A stretch of DNA of 64,000 bases, taken from the IMG/VR virus record IMGVR_UViG_3300043410_000754. One strand, given 5' to 3'. Source of the stretch: an uncultured virus (IMG/VR IMGVR_UViG_3300043410_000754) (lineage: Duplodnaviria > Heunggongvirae > Uroviricota > Caudoviricetes). The position numbers were made by a program, and so were the translations under genes. Under the pieces are notes generated by a model that saw only the letters and a program-made list of their open reading frames with translations, made no database searches and had not been told where the DNA came from. Positions 10,004 through 20,800 of the stretch are shown here, in pieces; positions within the stretch are counted from its first letter, which is position 1; each line of letters begins with the position of its first letter.

Positions 10004-12649
10004 GTGGCACTACAGAAAATTCAATTCCGGCCAGGGGTCAACCGCGAGGGCACAACGCTTGCCAACGAGGGTGGCTGGTTTGAGTCGGACAAGGTGCGCT
10101 TCCGTTCCGGGTACCCTGAAAAGATCGGCGGCTGGACGCTGGATACGGGCGTTGCTGACACCACGTCTTTTGTTGGTGAGTTGGCCCCGCCGACCGGCTC
10201 GTTCTGGGGTGTGTGCCGTGCGCTGTGGAATTGGGTAAACCTTTCTGGTTACAACCTGCTCGGTGTGGGTACGAACCTAAAGTATTACATTCAGAACGGC
10301 CCCAATGGTAATTTCTACGATGTGACTCCGCTGCGGTCGGGTAGCCCAACCCCTGCGGGCGCGGTTACGTTTGCCGCCACAAACGGCTCCAAGACCATCC
10401 TGGTTACCGACCTTGCTCACGGGGCGCAGACCGGGGACTTCGTGACGTTCAGCGGGGCGGTTGGTCTCGGCGGCGTTATCACGGCTACTATCCTGAACGC
10501 TGAGTACCGCATCACGTACGTGAACGGGGATCAGTACACCATCACGACCACCATTGCGGCTGACGTAAGCGATGTGGGTAACGGCGGCGCAGCCGTTGTA
10601 GCTAGCTATCAAATCACTACGGGTTCCGAGTTCTACACGGTTGGTGTGGGCTGGGGTGCAGGTGGCTGGGGCGGTACCACCGGTCCGTTGTACTCAACCA
10701 CTCTGTCGGGTTCGCTGTCCACCGTTGCCAATACGACGTTAACTGGAGCGTTGACTACCACGGCCACAACCATCAGCGTGGCGACTACTGCGGCCTTGGC
10801 TGCTTCTGGTAGCGTGCTCATCGACAGCGAAATCATTTCTTACACGGGCAAAACAGCAACGACGCTGACCGGGTGTACCCGCGCCACTGCTGGTTCCACT
10901 GCGGCTACGCACGTCATCTATACGGGCGTGATCCAGTATTCGACGGTGACCATCAACGTGGCGTCGGCTGCTACATTCCCTGCTACCGGCATCATCAACA
11001 TCGGTAGTGAGGTGATCTCCTACACCGGCAAGGGTGCCACCACGTTCACCGGGTGTGTTCGGGGGATCAACGGATTCGTAAGCGCCCACGCGGGCGGTGA
11101 CCCGGTGTATCAATATGCTTCTACGGCCAGCGGCTGGGGCAGTGCCTCGACAACGGGAACATCGGCTGCAATCCAGCTGCGTACCTGGAGCCAATCGAAC
11201 TACGGCGAAGACTTGGTCATGAACCCTCGCGGTGGAGGAATCTACTACTGGGCCAATGCTGCGGTGGCATCTACGTTCAACCGTGCGCAGTTGATGGGCC
11301 CTGGCTCCACCATTGTCACCAAGTCGGGTTCCGTTGTGGTGGATGGCTCGTGCCCCACCGTGTGCAACTACGTGACGGTGTCCGATGCCTCACGGTTCAT
11401 CTTGGCGTTTGGAGTTAATGACTACGGCAGCTCCGTGCAAGACCCGATGTTGATCCGGTGGTCGGACCAAGAAAACTTTGGTACCTGGGTTCCTGCAGCC
11501 ACCAACCAAGCTGGTAGCTACCGCTTGAGTCACGGTTCGTCCATCGTGTCTACCTTGCAGACTCGTCAGGAAATCTTGGTGTGGACGGATACGGCCCTGT
11601 ACTCCATGCAGTACCTTGGCCCGCCGTACGTCTGGGGCTTCCAGATCATGGCCGACAACATCTCGGTCATGGGACCCAACGTGACGGCGGTTGCTAACAA
11701 CGTCGTGTACTGGATGGGGACGGACAAGTTCTACATGTACACGGGCCGCGTTGAGACGCTTCCCTGCACCCTGCGGCAGTACGTGTTTGAGGACATCAAC
11801 ATCGACCAAGCGTATCAGTTCTTCGCGGCGACGAACGAGGGCTTCAACGAGGTGTGGTTCTTCTACTGCTCGGCGAACTCTGACTACATCGACAAGTATG
11901 TGGTGTACAACCACTTGGAGCGCACGTGGTACTACGGGACGATCTCGCGCACTGCGTGGCTTGATACCCCCTTGCGTAAGCAGCCGGTGGCTACTTCGTA
12001 CTCGACACCTACGTTTGTTGCCTCCCTTTCTGGGACCACGCTCACGGTGACTCAAGTAACTGCGGGTACGTTGCAGACTGGGATGATCGTGGTGGGGGAC
12101 GGTATCCCTGACAACACTACCATCACGGCGCTGGGGTCTGGGTCCGGTGGTACGGGCACGTATACGCTCAACAACTCTGTAACGGTGGCAAGCTCCACCA
12201 TGACGGGCATCCCGCCGACCGCTTGCGGTATTCTGGTCAACCAGGAAACTGGGAATGATGACGGCACAACCAACCCGGTGTCCCCTATCACTGCGTTCGT
12301 GCAGTCCTCTGATTTTGACATTGGTGACGGCCACAACTTCGGGTTCGTGTACAGGATCATCCCTGACTTGACGTTTGACGGATCAAATGTGAACACCCCG
12401 AACGTGGTGCTCACGGTTCGTCCTCGGCAGTTCCCAGGTACCAACTATGGCTCTACGGATACGCCGACGGTGGCAAGTGCTCAAAACTATGTGAATCAGC
12501 GTTCATACAACGTGCAGCAGTTCACGGAGCAGGTGTATGTCCGAGTACGTGGTCGTCAGCTTGCGTTCCGCATTTCGTCGAGCGATGTTGGGGTTTCATG
12601 GCAGTTGGGTGTACCTCGACTTGAAGTCCGTCCTGACGGGAGACGCTGA
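10004..12649 (+). CDS. Tail nozzle / DNA stabilization protein
   Basis: 881 aa beta-rich; IRWSDQE, WTDTALYSM propeller-like segments; precedes the internal proteins. Confidence 0.65.
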   Translation: MALQKIQFRPGVNREGTTLANEGGWFESDKVRFRSGYPEKIGGWTLDTGVADTTSFVGELAPPTGSFWGVCRALWNWVNLSGYNLLGVGTNLKYYIQNGPNGNFYDVTPLRSGSPTPAGAVTFAATNGSKTILVTDLAHGAQTGDFVTFSGAVGLGGVITATILNAEYRITYVNGDQYTITTTIAADVSDVGNGGAAVVASYQITTGSEFYTVGVGWGAGGWGGTTGPLYSTTLSGSLSTVANTTLTGALTTTATTISVATTAALAASGSVLIDSEIISYTGKTATTLTGCTRATAGSTAATHVIYTGVIQYSTVTINVASAATFPATGIINIGSEVISYTGKGATTFTGCVRGINGFVSAHAGGDPVYQYASTASGWGSASTTGTSAAIQLRTWSQSNYGEDLVMNPRGGGIYYWANAAVASTFNRAQLMGPGSTIVTKSGSVVVDGSCPTVCNYVTVSDASRFILAFGVNDYGSSVQDPMLIRWSDQENFGTWVPAATNQAGSYRLSHGSSIVSTLQTRQEILVWTDTALYSMQYLGPPYVWGFQIMADNISVMGPNVTAVANNVVYWMGTDKFYMYTGRVETLPCTLRQYVFEDINIDQAYQFFAATNEGFNEVWFFYCSANSDYIDKYVVYNHLERTWYYGTISRTAWLDTPLRKQPVATSYSTPTFVASLSGTTLTVTQVTAGTLQTGMIVVGDGIPDNTTITALGSGSGGTGTYTLNNSVTVASSTMTGIPPTACGILVNQETGNDDGTTNPVSPITAFVQSSDFDIGDGHNFGFVYRIIPDLTFDGSNVNTPNVVLTVRPRQFPGTNYGSTDTPTVASAQNYVNQRSYNVQQFTEQVYVRVRGRQLAFRISSSDVGVSWQLGVPRLEVRPDGRR

Positions 12650-13332
12650 TGGCTACGAACGCGGTACTTCACCTACGCCCCACGGTGGCTCCTCGGATGC
12701 CCACCGCGCCGACCGACTACCAGCAGCTCTTCCAGGATAGCTTCGAGGGCATCCTGCGCCTGTACTTCAACCAGATCGACGGGGTCGTCGGGGGCCTCCT
12801 GGGCGCGGACCAGAACACTGGGCAGTACACGGGTGGCAAGTTCCTGAGCTTCCCGTACGCGGCGATTCAGCGGACCACCAACTTCACCTTTATCGCTGCT
12901 AACACTGCCTACCTAGTTACGTGCAACCAGAACGACTTCATGAACGGCTGCACCAACACGGGGGTGAACGGCATCCACGTGCAGCAAGCTGGAATCTACA
13001 ACTATCAGTTTAGTGTTCAGTTTGCTAATCCAGACACGCAGATTCATACCGCCCATATCTGGCTGCGGGTAAACGGAGTCGATGTTCCAGGTACTGGGAG
13101 CAAATTTGACATCCCTGCCAAACACGGTACTTCAGATGGGTATCTGGTTGCTGCGTGCAATTTCTACGTCCAGCTCCAGGCAACCGACTATGTAGAACTT
13201 TGGTCTGCGTCGGACAGCACCCAACCGTACATGGAGGCTTACGCTGCTCAGACTTCTCCCTTTGCTATGCCCGCGATCCCGTCGGTTGTAGCTACTCTGA
13301 GCTTCGTTTCCGCGCTATCCACAAGGGTATAA
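12649..13332 (+). CDS. Virion structural protein with C1q/TNF-like C-terminal part
   Basis: GIYNYQFSVQ...IWLRVNG...DYVELW strand pattern. Confidence 0.55.
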   Translation: MATNAVLHLRPTVAPRMPTAPTDYQQLFQDSFEGILRLYFNQIDGVVGGLLGADQNTGQYTGGKFLSFPYAAIQRTTNFTFIAANTAYLVTCNQNDFMNGCTNTGVNGIHVQQAGIYNYQFSVQFANPDTQIHTAHIWLRVNGVDVPGTGSKFDIPAKHGTSDGYLVAACNFYVQLQATDYVELWSASDSTQPYMEAYAAQTSPFAMPAIPSVVATLSFVSALSTRV

Positions 13333-13372
13333 AAATGTTACGATCCACCAACCCCCATTCTGAGAGGCAGGA

Positions 13373-15058
13373 ATGAGCCTTCAACACGCCGCCCAACTAC
13401 TCGCCGCCCAAGGGCGTCACGGAGATTCTCACCTAGTCCACATGTCCTCCGGGGAAATCCGTGGGTTGCAGGACCTTGCCAAGCTCCACGGTACCAGCCT
13501 GACGACCAACCCGCATACGGGTTTACCCGAAGCATTCAGCCTGAAAAGCCTGCTACCTGCGATTCTGGGGGCCGGTATCGTTGCGGCTACTGGCGGCGCT
13601 GCCGCTCCTTGGATGGTTGGCGCTGGTATTGGCGGGTTGGAAGCTATGCGTACTGGCAGTCTGAGCAAGGGCTTGTCTGCTGGTTTGGGTGCCTACGGTG
13701 GGGCTGGCCTGGGTGCCGCTCTGGCCGAGACCGGCGCATCTTCTCTGGCTAGCGAAGCAGCCGGTGCGGGGGGAGCAACGCCCGTGGACCCCGTCAGTGG
13801 AGTTCAGGGTGGCACTCCTGCAAACCCATGGGCGTCTACAGCAGGTGAGGGTGCGGCCCAGGGCGCAGCTCAAGCCCCCATGACCACGGAGCAAATCCGG
13901 GCTATGGCCCCCGAAGCAGGCGCTGCCGACGTACAAGGATTCCAGCAATCGCAAGGTGCCACACAAGGCATCTCTCAGGCTGCGCCGTCTGAGTACCAAC
14001 CTCAAGTTGGCCAGTCTCTGGGTGACATCAAAACCTCCACCCCTATGTTGGACCAGATGAGCGCGGGGGCCAAGTCTCTGGGCCGTAGTATTATGGACGG
14101 CACCGGCTCGTCCGCGCTGAACTTCGCCAAGGACAACGCCAAGTCGATCATGGCCGCTGCTTCCCCGGTGGTCGCCGACGCGCTCACCCCTGCGGCTCCC
14201 CCTGTTGTCCCCGTGGACAAGGACCTGGGCCGTCGGTACTCTTACTTGCCTGGGCGCACTAGCCCCACCCCCTCGCCGAGCGGCACGGGCGTTACCCAGC
14301 AGTACTTTGCCCCCTCGTACGGCACCATCTCTTCAGATGAGGCCAAGCGCATTTATGGGTTTGCCGACGGTGGCATGCCGTCGTCTTCGCCGATGCCGGG
14401 CGCTCATAGCCCGGTTGAGCAGATGTCCGAGGCTAACTCGCTGGGCAAGAACACTGGGTTCCCCACTGCGGACATCCAGCACGGCGCGTACGCCACGCCC
14501 TGGCAAGACCCGCTCTCGCGCAACATGGTGCATAACTCCACCGACTCCAACGTGGACATGTTTACTGGCGAGCCCACTGGCCTTGCCGCTGGTGGGATTG
14601 CTCGCTATGGTTGGGGCGGGTTGAGCGGCGATTCTGAGGGCATGCTGGGCAAACTTATCGGCAAACTCAAAGAGGCGGGGGCATTCGATGGAGGAGCCCA
14701 GCAACAAAAGTTCACCTATAACCCCGGAACCCAAACCTACAAGCAAGCGGCGCTGGCTTCTGGTGGTCTGTCTGACCTTGGTGGCTATTCTGATGGTGGC
14801 CGACTTCTTCGCGGTCCTGGTGATGGCGTTAGTGACTCCATTCCCGCCGTGATTGGTAAGAAGCAGCCTGCTCGTTTGGCCGACGGCGAGTTCGTTGTGC
14901 CTGCTCGTATCGTCTCTGAGTTGGGCAACGGCTCGACCGAGGCAGGTGCGCGTAAGCTGTACGCCATGATGAACCGAGTGCAGTCGGCTCGCGGCAAGAC
15001 GGTGGGTAAAGACCGGGTGGCGAGGAACACTCGCGCTGACAAATACCTGCCAGCATGA
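13373..15058 (+). CDS. Internal virion / ejection protein
   Basis: GRHGDSHLVH..NPHTGLPEAF N-terminus, Gly/Ala hydrophobic stretch, GPGDGVSDSIPA..LADGEFVV C-terminus. Confidence 0.6.
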   Translation: MSLQHAAQLLAAQGRHGDSHLVHMSSGEIRGLQDLAKLHGTSLTTNPHTGLPEAFSLKSLLPAILGAGIVAATGGAAAPWMVGAGIGGLEAMRTGSLSKGLSAGLGAYGGAGLGAALAETGASSLASEAAGAGGATPVDPVSGVQGGTPANPWASTAGEGAAQGAAQAPMTTEQIRAMAPEAGAADVQGFQQSQGATQGISQAAPSEYQPQVGQSLGDIKTSTPMLDQMSAGAKSLGRSIMDGTGSSALNFAKDNAKSIMAAASPVVADALTPAAPPVVPVDKDLGRRYSYLPGRTSPTPSPSGTGVTQQYFAPSYGTISSDEAKRIYGFADGGMPSSSPMPGAHSPVEQMSEANSLGKNTGFPTADIQHGAYATPWQDPLSRNMVHNSTDSNVDMFTGEPTGLAAGGIARYGWGGLSGDSEGMLGKLIGKLKEAGAFDGGAQQQKFTYNPGTQTYKQAALASGGLSDLGGYSDGGRLLRGPGDGVSDSIPAVIGKKQPARLADGEFVVPARIVSELGNGSTEAGARKLYAMMNRVQSARGKTVGKDRVARNTRADKYLPA

Positions 15059-15501
15059 ACAGTCGCGGCAAACTAGAGTGGTTCGGGGGCAATGAGGATG
15101 CCCTCAATATGTACCGTGCGTTTGCCGACTTGTCCCACACTTGGGACGACATGATTGATAAGGATAAGGACGTACCGGCGGACAAGATCAACCAAGCGTT
15201 CCTAACTTGTTTGGTGTACCTCCCGGCTAATCCGTTCTACCGGAGTATCCAGGACCAGATTCTGCCTATGTGGCTGGTTGTCGTGTCTGCGTATGAGACG
15301 GCAAACTTCTTCGAGGCGACTAAAGACGCTCATGGAATTGAGATTTCCCATGGGTTGCGTTATGCGGCGGGCAACATTGTGGCGTATGCGATTCACGTAT
15401 GCGTCGGGGCTGAGAAGGCCAAAGAGTATTTGCCCGACATGTGGAAGACCATTTTTTACGAGCGGTTTGATGAGTACCGCAAGGAGCATCTGAATGTTTA
15501 A
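15055..15501 (+). CDS. Hypothetical helical protein with DDxxD motif
   Basis: WDDMIDKD; overlaps both neighbours. Confidence 0.6.
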   Translation: MNSRGKLEWFGGNEDALNMYRAFADLSHTWDDMIDKDKDVPADKINQAFLTCLVYLPANPFYRSIQDQILPMWLVVVSAYETANFFEATKDAHGIEISHGLRYAAGNIVAYAIHVCVGAEKAKEYLPDMWKTIFYERFDEYRKEHLNV

Positions 15502-17848
15502 CCTCCTCAAGCTGTGGAAGTTTTTTGTTCCCACGTTGAGCATCGACATGGGCGGCGGTGGCGGTGGCGGCGGTACCCCTGCGCAAACTACACAAACTCA
15601 GGAACTCCCCGAGTGGGCCAAGCCTTATGCCAAGGACATCCTGGCCAAAGGCCAAGCGCTGACGGACATTAACCAGAACCCGTACCAGCAGTACGGCCAG
15701 GACCGGATCGCCGGGTTCACTCCGATGCAGCAACAAGCCCAACAGGGCGCTGCGAACATGGCACCTGCATGGCAAGGGGGTTTGGCTAGCCAGTATGCCG
15801 CTCAAGCTGGGATGTACCAGCCTGGGCGCTTTGGTACTCAAGACGTTCGTACCGGCTCCTTCCTGCAGCCGGGGGCCAGCGACGCCTACATGTCTCCGTA
15901 TATGCAGAACGTCGTCGATGTTCAGCAGCGGGAAGCACAGCGCCAGTCCGACATCCAACGCAACCAGAACCAAGCTCAGGCTGTCGGTGCGGGCGCGTTC
16001 GGTGGTAGCCGTCAAGCTATTGTTGAAGCGGAGCGTCAGCGCAACCTCGGCACCCAGCTTGGGTCGATCCAGGCTCAAGGCCTGCAGAGCGCGTACCAGC
16101 AAGGGCAGCAGCAGTTCAACACCGAGCAGCAGGCACGCCTGCAAGCGGCCCTCGCTAACCAACAGACCCGGATGCAGGCACAGCAGCTGGGTGAGCAGTC
16201 TCGTCAGTACGGCGCGGGTCTCGGCCTCCAGGCTGCGGGTCAGCTCGGAACTCTGGGCGGGCAACAGCTCCAACAGCAGATGGACATCAACAAGCTGCAA
16301 AGCGCCTACGGCGGGCAGCAACAAGCCCTGAAACAGCAAGGGCTGGATCAAGCGTACCAAGACTTCGTTGCCCAGCAGAACTACCCGTACAAACAGCTCG
16401 GCTTCATGTCTGACCTGCTGCGCGGTACGCCGACTGGCTCTTCCAGCGTGACTCAGATGTACGGCGCACAGCCTGGGCTGGCTCAGACTCTGGGCGGTAT
16501 CGGCATGGGTGCGTACGGCCTGAGCAAGTTCATGGCCGACGGTGGTGTGACCAGCTCGGATAACGAAACCCGCATCATCAACAAGCTGAGTGACGCGCAG
16601 ATTCAAAAAGCGCTGCAAGCCGCCAAGGTCCGTAACGACCAGGAAGAAATCTCCTTGCTGTCTGAGGAGATGGCGGAGCGTGCCTCGATCCGTGGGGGTC
16701 TGGGTGGCGCGTTCAATGCGTTGCCCGCAGGGCAGCAAGAAGCTATGACCAACATGGCTGGTGGCGGGATCGTTGCATTTGGTGAGGGTGGCAAGACGCC
16801 CAGAACCGCTGCCGACTACATCGCCCAAGCGTTCAGCAAAGACTACACCGCCCCCACTGAAGACGAGCAAGAAGCTGGTATCACCAAGGGCGTGGAGTTC
16901 CAAAAGCGCATGCGCGGCGAGAGCGTGACTGCTCCCTACCTGGAAGAGATCAAGAAAGAACGCGCTGACCTCGCGGGGCAGAGAGAACAAGCCAAAGGGC
17001 TGGCCGCACTCGCTGCGGCTCAAGGACTCCTGTCGTCCCCCAGCCTGGGAGTTGGTGTCGGCAAAGCGTTTGGCGCTGCTGGAGAGACTTTGGCCAAGGC
17101 GGACAAAGATCAACGCGAAGCCAACCGTGCCCTGCGTGAGTCCGAGATGAAGTTGGCCATGGCCGACCAAGCTCGTAACGAAGGTATGCTCGACAAGGCC
17201 CAGGCCCTGTACAAGGACGCCGAGGCGCTCAAACGCGAGAGCGCGGAGAAGACCCGCACTGCCAACCTCACCGCAGCCAGCACGCTGGGCCACATGGAAT
17301 CGGCGAAGTACACGGCTGACCGTGGCTACGCAGGGCACGCCCTATCCGCTAACAAGCCCACCGACCTGGAGCGTATTGCGTCGTCGAAGTTGCAAAAGCT
17401 ACTCGCCGACAACCCGGAGATCAAGAACGATCCCAAACTGCTCGCCGCTGCCCAAGAGCAAGCGTATACCGAAGCTGCAAACATCTGGGGCAAACTGCCG
17501 GGGACGGTTCGTTCCGAAACCGCAGAGGCTGGCCGCGTCTCGGATGCGCTCAAGACCGATCCTCAACTGAAGATGCTGGGCGCTATGCGGGCCTCGTACG
17601 CCACGCGTGAGATGACGCCTGAGTTGCAGAAGAAGGTCGAGAACATCGACGCGCAGATTGCGAAACGCACAGCTGAAATCCGTGCTCAAAATGCGACGCA
17701 ACCTACAGGGACGCCTGGGCAGGGTACTCCCAGCCCCAGTGCAGCACCCCAAACTGTTACCATCGGCAACCAGACGTATGTACGTCCCCCCGGCATGACC
17801 GACCAACAATGGAGCGCTTACCAAGCGTACGTCAAAGGGAATAAATAA
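15494..17848 (+). CDS. Internal virion / ejection protein, Gln-rich
   Basis: GAFGGSR motif, Q-rich coiled coil; start may be the MGGGG at 15548. Confidence 0.6.
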   Translation: MFNLLKLWKFFVPTLSIDMGGGGGGGGTPAQTTQTQELPEWAKPYAKDILAKGQALTDINQNPYQQYGQDRIAGFTPMQQQAQQGAANMAPAWQGGLASQYAAQAGMYQPGRFGTQDVRTGSFLQPGASDAYMSPYMQNVVDVQQREAQRQSDIQRNQNQAQAVGAGAFGGSRQAIVEAERQRNLGTQLGSIQAQGLQSAYQQGQQQFNTEQQARLQAALANQQTRMQAQQLGEQSRQYGAGLGLQAAGQLGTLGGQQLQQQMDINKLQSAYGGQQQALKQQGLDQAYQDFVAQQNYPYKQLGFMSDLLRGTPTGSSSVTQMYGAQPGLAQTLGGIGMGAYGLSKFMADGGVTSSDNETRIINKLSDAQIQKALQAAKVRNDQEEISLLSEEMAERASIRGGLGGAFNALPAGQQEAMTNMAGGGIVAFGEGGKTPRTAADYIAQAFSKDYTAPTEDEQEAGITKGVEFQKRMRGESVTAPYLEEIKKERADLAGQREQAKGLAALAAAQGLLSSPSLGVGVGKAFGAAGETLAKADKDQREANRALRESEMKLAMADQARNEGMLDKAQALYKDAEALKRESAEKTRTANLTAASTLGHMESAKYTADRGYAGHALSANKPTDLERIASSKLQKLLADNPEIKNDPKLLAAAQEQAYTEAANIWGKLPGTVRSETAEAGRVSDALKTDPQLKMLGAMRASYATREMTPELQKKVENIDAQIAKRTAEIRAQNATQPTGTPGQGTPSPSAAPQTVTIGNQTYVRPPGMTDQQWSAYQAYVKGNK

Positions 17849-20800
17849 TGGGCCAAGTACTTAGCCCGGATGAATGGTTGGCAACGCAAACAGAAGCTGC
17901 TCCATCTGCGCCGCTAAGTCCTGAACAATGGATGGCGCAACAGCAACCGCAGCAACCGGCGGTGCTTAGCCCTGAGCAATGGCTTGCGCAACAAGAAGAC
18001 CCGAGCAAACAGTCTTCGCTGCGTCAAGTTGCGGATGTCCCGTTGAAGCTGGGGCAGGGTGCCATTACTGGGGTGCGTATGGTCGCCGACTCCTTTGGCG
18101 CGGGCAGCGGCATGTCCGAAGCCTTGAAAGGGGCCGAAGACTACTTGGGTGATCTGCTGAGTGCCCAGTCCAAGCGCGATGCTAAAGAAATTTCGCGCAT
18201 CATGAAGGAAGCCCAAGACAAAGGGGCCCTCGACCAAGTGCAGGCCGCACTCAAGGCGCTCACCGTTGCCCCCGTTGATCTGATTACCAACGCGCTGGGA
18301 ACCGCTGCACCTGTGTTGGCAGCTACATTGCTTGGTGGCTCCTCTGCCCTTGCTGCGCGTGCTATCGGCGCTGGGGTCGGCGTGGCCATGGGTGCTGGTA
18401 CGGTGAAGGGCACAATCTATGATGCCGTCAAGGATGAGCTGAAAAAGACGGACATGACAGCCGCTCAGATCGAAGAGCGGGCTCAACTTGCGCAAGCCTA
18501 CGGCGGCAAGAACCTGGACATGATCCTGGCGGGCGCGGCCCTTGGCGGTTTTGGTGCTGCCTCTGGGTTTGAACCTGCAGCGGCGAAGGCCATCGCAGGA
18601 CGTATCGCGGGTAAGGCTGGAGCCAAAGAAGCAGCCGAGCAAGCTATCGAAGCCACCGCCAAGAAAGAGCTGGAGGCAGTAGCCAAGCGTGGTGCTATTG
18701 GCCAAGGTGCCCGCACCGGCCTGACCGAGTTCGGTACGGAAGCTATTCAGGGTTCACAAGAACAACTAGCCGAGAACGTCGCGCTGCGCCGCGAAGGCTA
18801 TGACGTGCCTATCATGCGCGGGGTTATCTCCCAGGGTGTGCTGGAAGGTATGGCGGGCTTCGGGCTTGGTGCCCCCATGGGTGCGATCGAAGGGCGTCGG
18901 GCTCGGCAAGCGCAAGAAATTGCGCCTATCCAGCTGTCCAAGGAAGACATGGCGGTTGTCGAGGCCCCGCTCACCAAGGAAGAAGCGCCCGACGATGTCC
19001 AGCTTGATGCCGAGTACATCAAGACCGTTGCTACCGATCTGATCGCAAGTGGAGTACTCCCCGCCTCTGCGCGAGAGATGGCTGTTGCTATCGCTACTGA
19101 GGAAGCTAGAGCCGATGCGCTTGCCGAGAAAGAAGCAAAAGGAGCTGAGAATGCTGCAGCATCTGTCACCCCAGCAGGTGGAGTTAGCCCTGAAGTGGCT
19201 GGACAGCCCAGTGCAGAGCCCGCCGCCCCAGGAGCTGGAGGCGCTGAACCAAGTGGAGTGGTACCTCCTGGACCAAATGCTGCAGACCTTACTCAAGGAA
19301 AAGCAGTCGAGCCTGTTGCACTGACGCCGCCAAATGAACCTGCACCTACTACCCCTGTTGCCCCTGCCGTTGCTGAAGCTCCTGTATCGCCTGCCCCTGC
19401 CGAGCCGGTTCAAGCACAAGCTCCTGCTGGAACTCCTGAAACGCTGACCCCCGAGCAGCAGGAAGCGGAGTTCGACGCCAAACTAACGGCAGCGAAAAAG
19501 ATCGCGAAGTCCAATTTCGACACCGCGCTCGACCAAGTGGACGATCCCATGTACGGCGGCGACATTGGCGCAGCCCTTGACGCGTACTACCAGAACACGA
19601 TTGATACTTTGGCGGAATCGGGCGAGACAGACCCCAATGTTATCAACCGCGCGATTACTCATTTTGAGCGGCTGGTGGATGAGCACAAGAATAAAGCTCT
19701 AAAGGACCAGCCCGCCGACGTGGTCGCGGAGAAGGTCGAGCCCCTGCGCCTGGAGCCCGGTGAAGTTGTTGAGCCCACCCCGAAACCCGCAGGCAAGAAG
19801 CGCGGGCCGAAAGGCGCTCGGCTGACCGAAGAACAAAAGACCGAGTCCAAGCAGCGCGGTGAAGAAGGTACCAAGCTGTGGAAGGCGATCAACAGTACCG
19901 TCAACAAGGCAGTCGCGGCTTTCAACGAGGCCATCACTCCGCTTGACCCCGACAACTACCCCGACATCCAGCAGTTCCAAGAAGCTGTTGAGTCTCGACG
20001 CATCCAGAAAATCCAGGCTATCAAGACGCTACTGGAGCAGCAGCGCTACGCTCGTGGCAAGGCCAAACTGGAAGCGGCTATCAACGAGGCCCTGGCTCAC
20101 AAAGAGATCACCCCCAAAGAGATTGCCGACATCAAAGAGGGCATGAAGCGGGTATCTAAGGCGAGTACCGAGGTCAAGGTCGGTCGAGCCGACACGCGGT
20201 TCAACAACTTCTCCAACGCCGAGCAAGCGCTGCGGCACGTCATCAAGACGGGCAATCCATTCCAACGGTTCCTGGCCCAGCGCCTCCTGCCGTTTGTGAA
20301 GGGTGTGAACTTCACGGTTCTTGAGGAAGGGGAAGTAGTACCTGATGTGATCCGCGACGGCGGTGCTACGAAAGATTGGGAGATGTCTCGCGGGCTGTTC
20401 CTGCGGGAAGTTGCTTCGGGGCAACGGCACATCTTTGTTCGCGGCATGTCTGGCGGTCCGTCGCAAGGGATCAACAACGTCACGGTTTTGCACGAAGCCC
20501 TCCACGCTGCCCTGAACAAAAAGATGGACATGGCGGACTGGTCACTCAGAAGTGGGTTTGACCGTCACTCTGACCTGACCCGCGCATTCAAACCGTTGGC
20601 GGAAACAATCCGTCTGACGCAAGAGCGTATGGCGGCTATGGAAGAAGCAGGTACGTTGCCAGACCATTTGAGCGAGCTGGTTGACGCAAAGATTTTTGAA
20701 GACGCCCGCGAGTTTGTGGCCTACGCCATGACCGACCCGATCTTCCAGAAGTTCCTGATGCAGACCCCCGGCGTGGTCAAAGAGTCTTTGTTCACCCGGT

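Noticed and set aside
15320..17338. Long antisense ORFs (also 21562-22959, 27099-28481, 56191-57639)
   Set aside because: Shadows of GC-rich real genes on the opposite strand; no recognisable motifs
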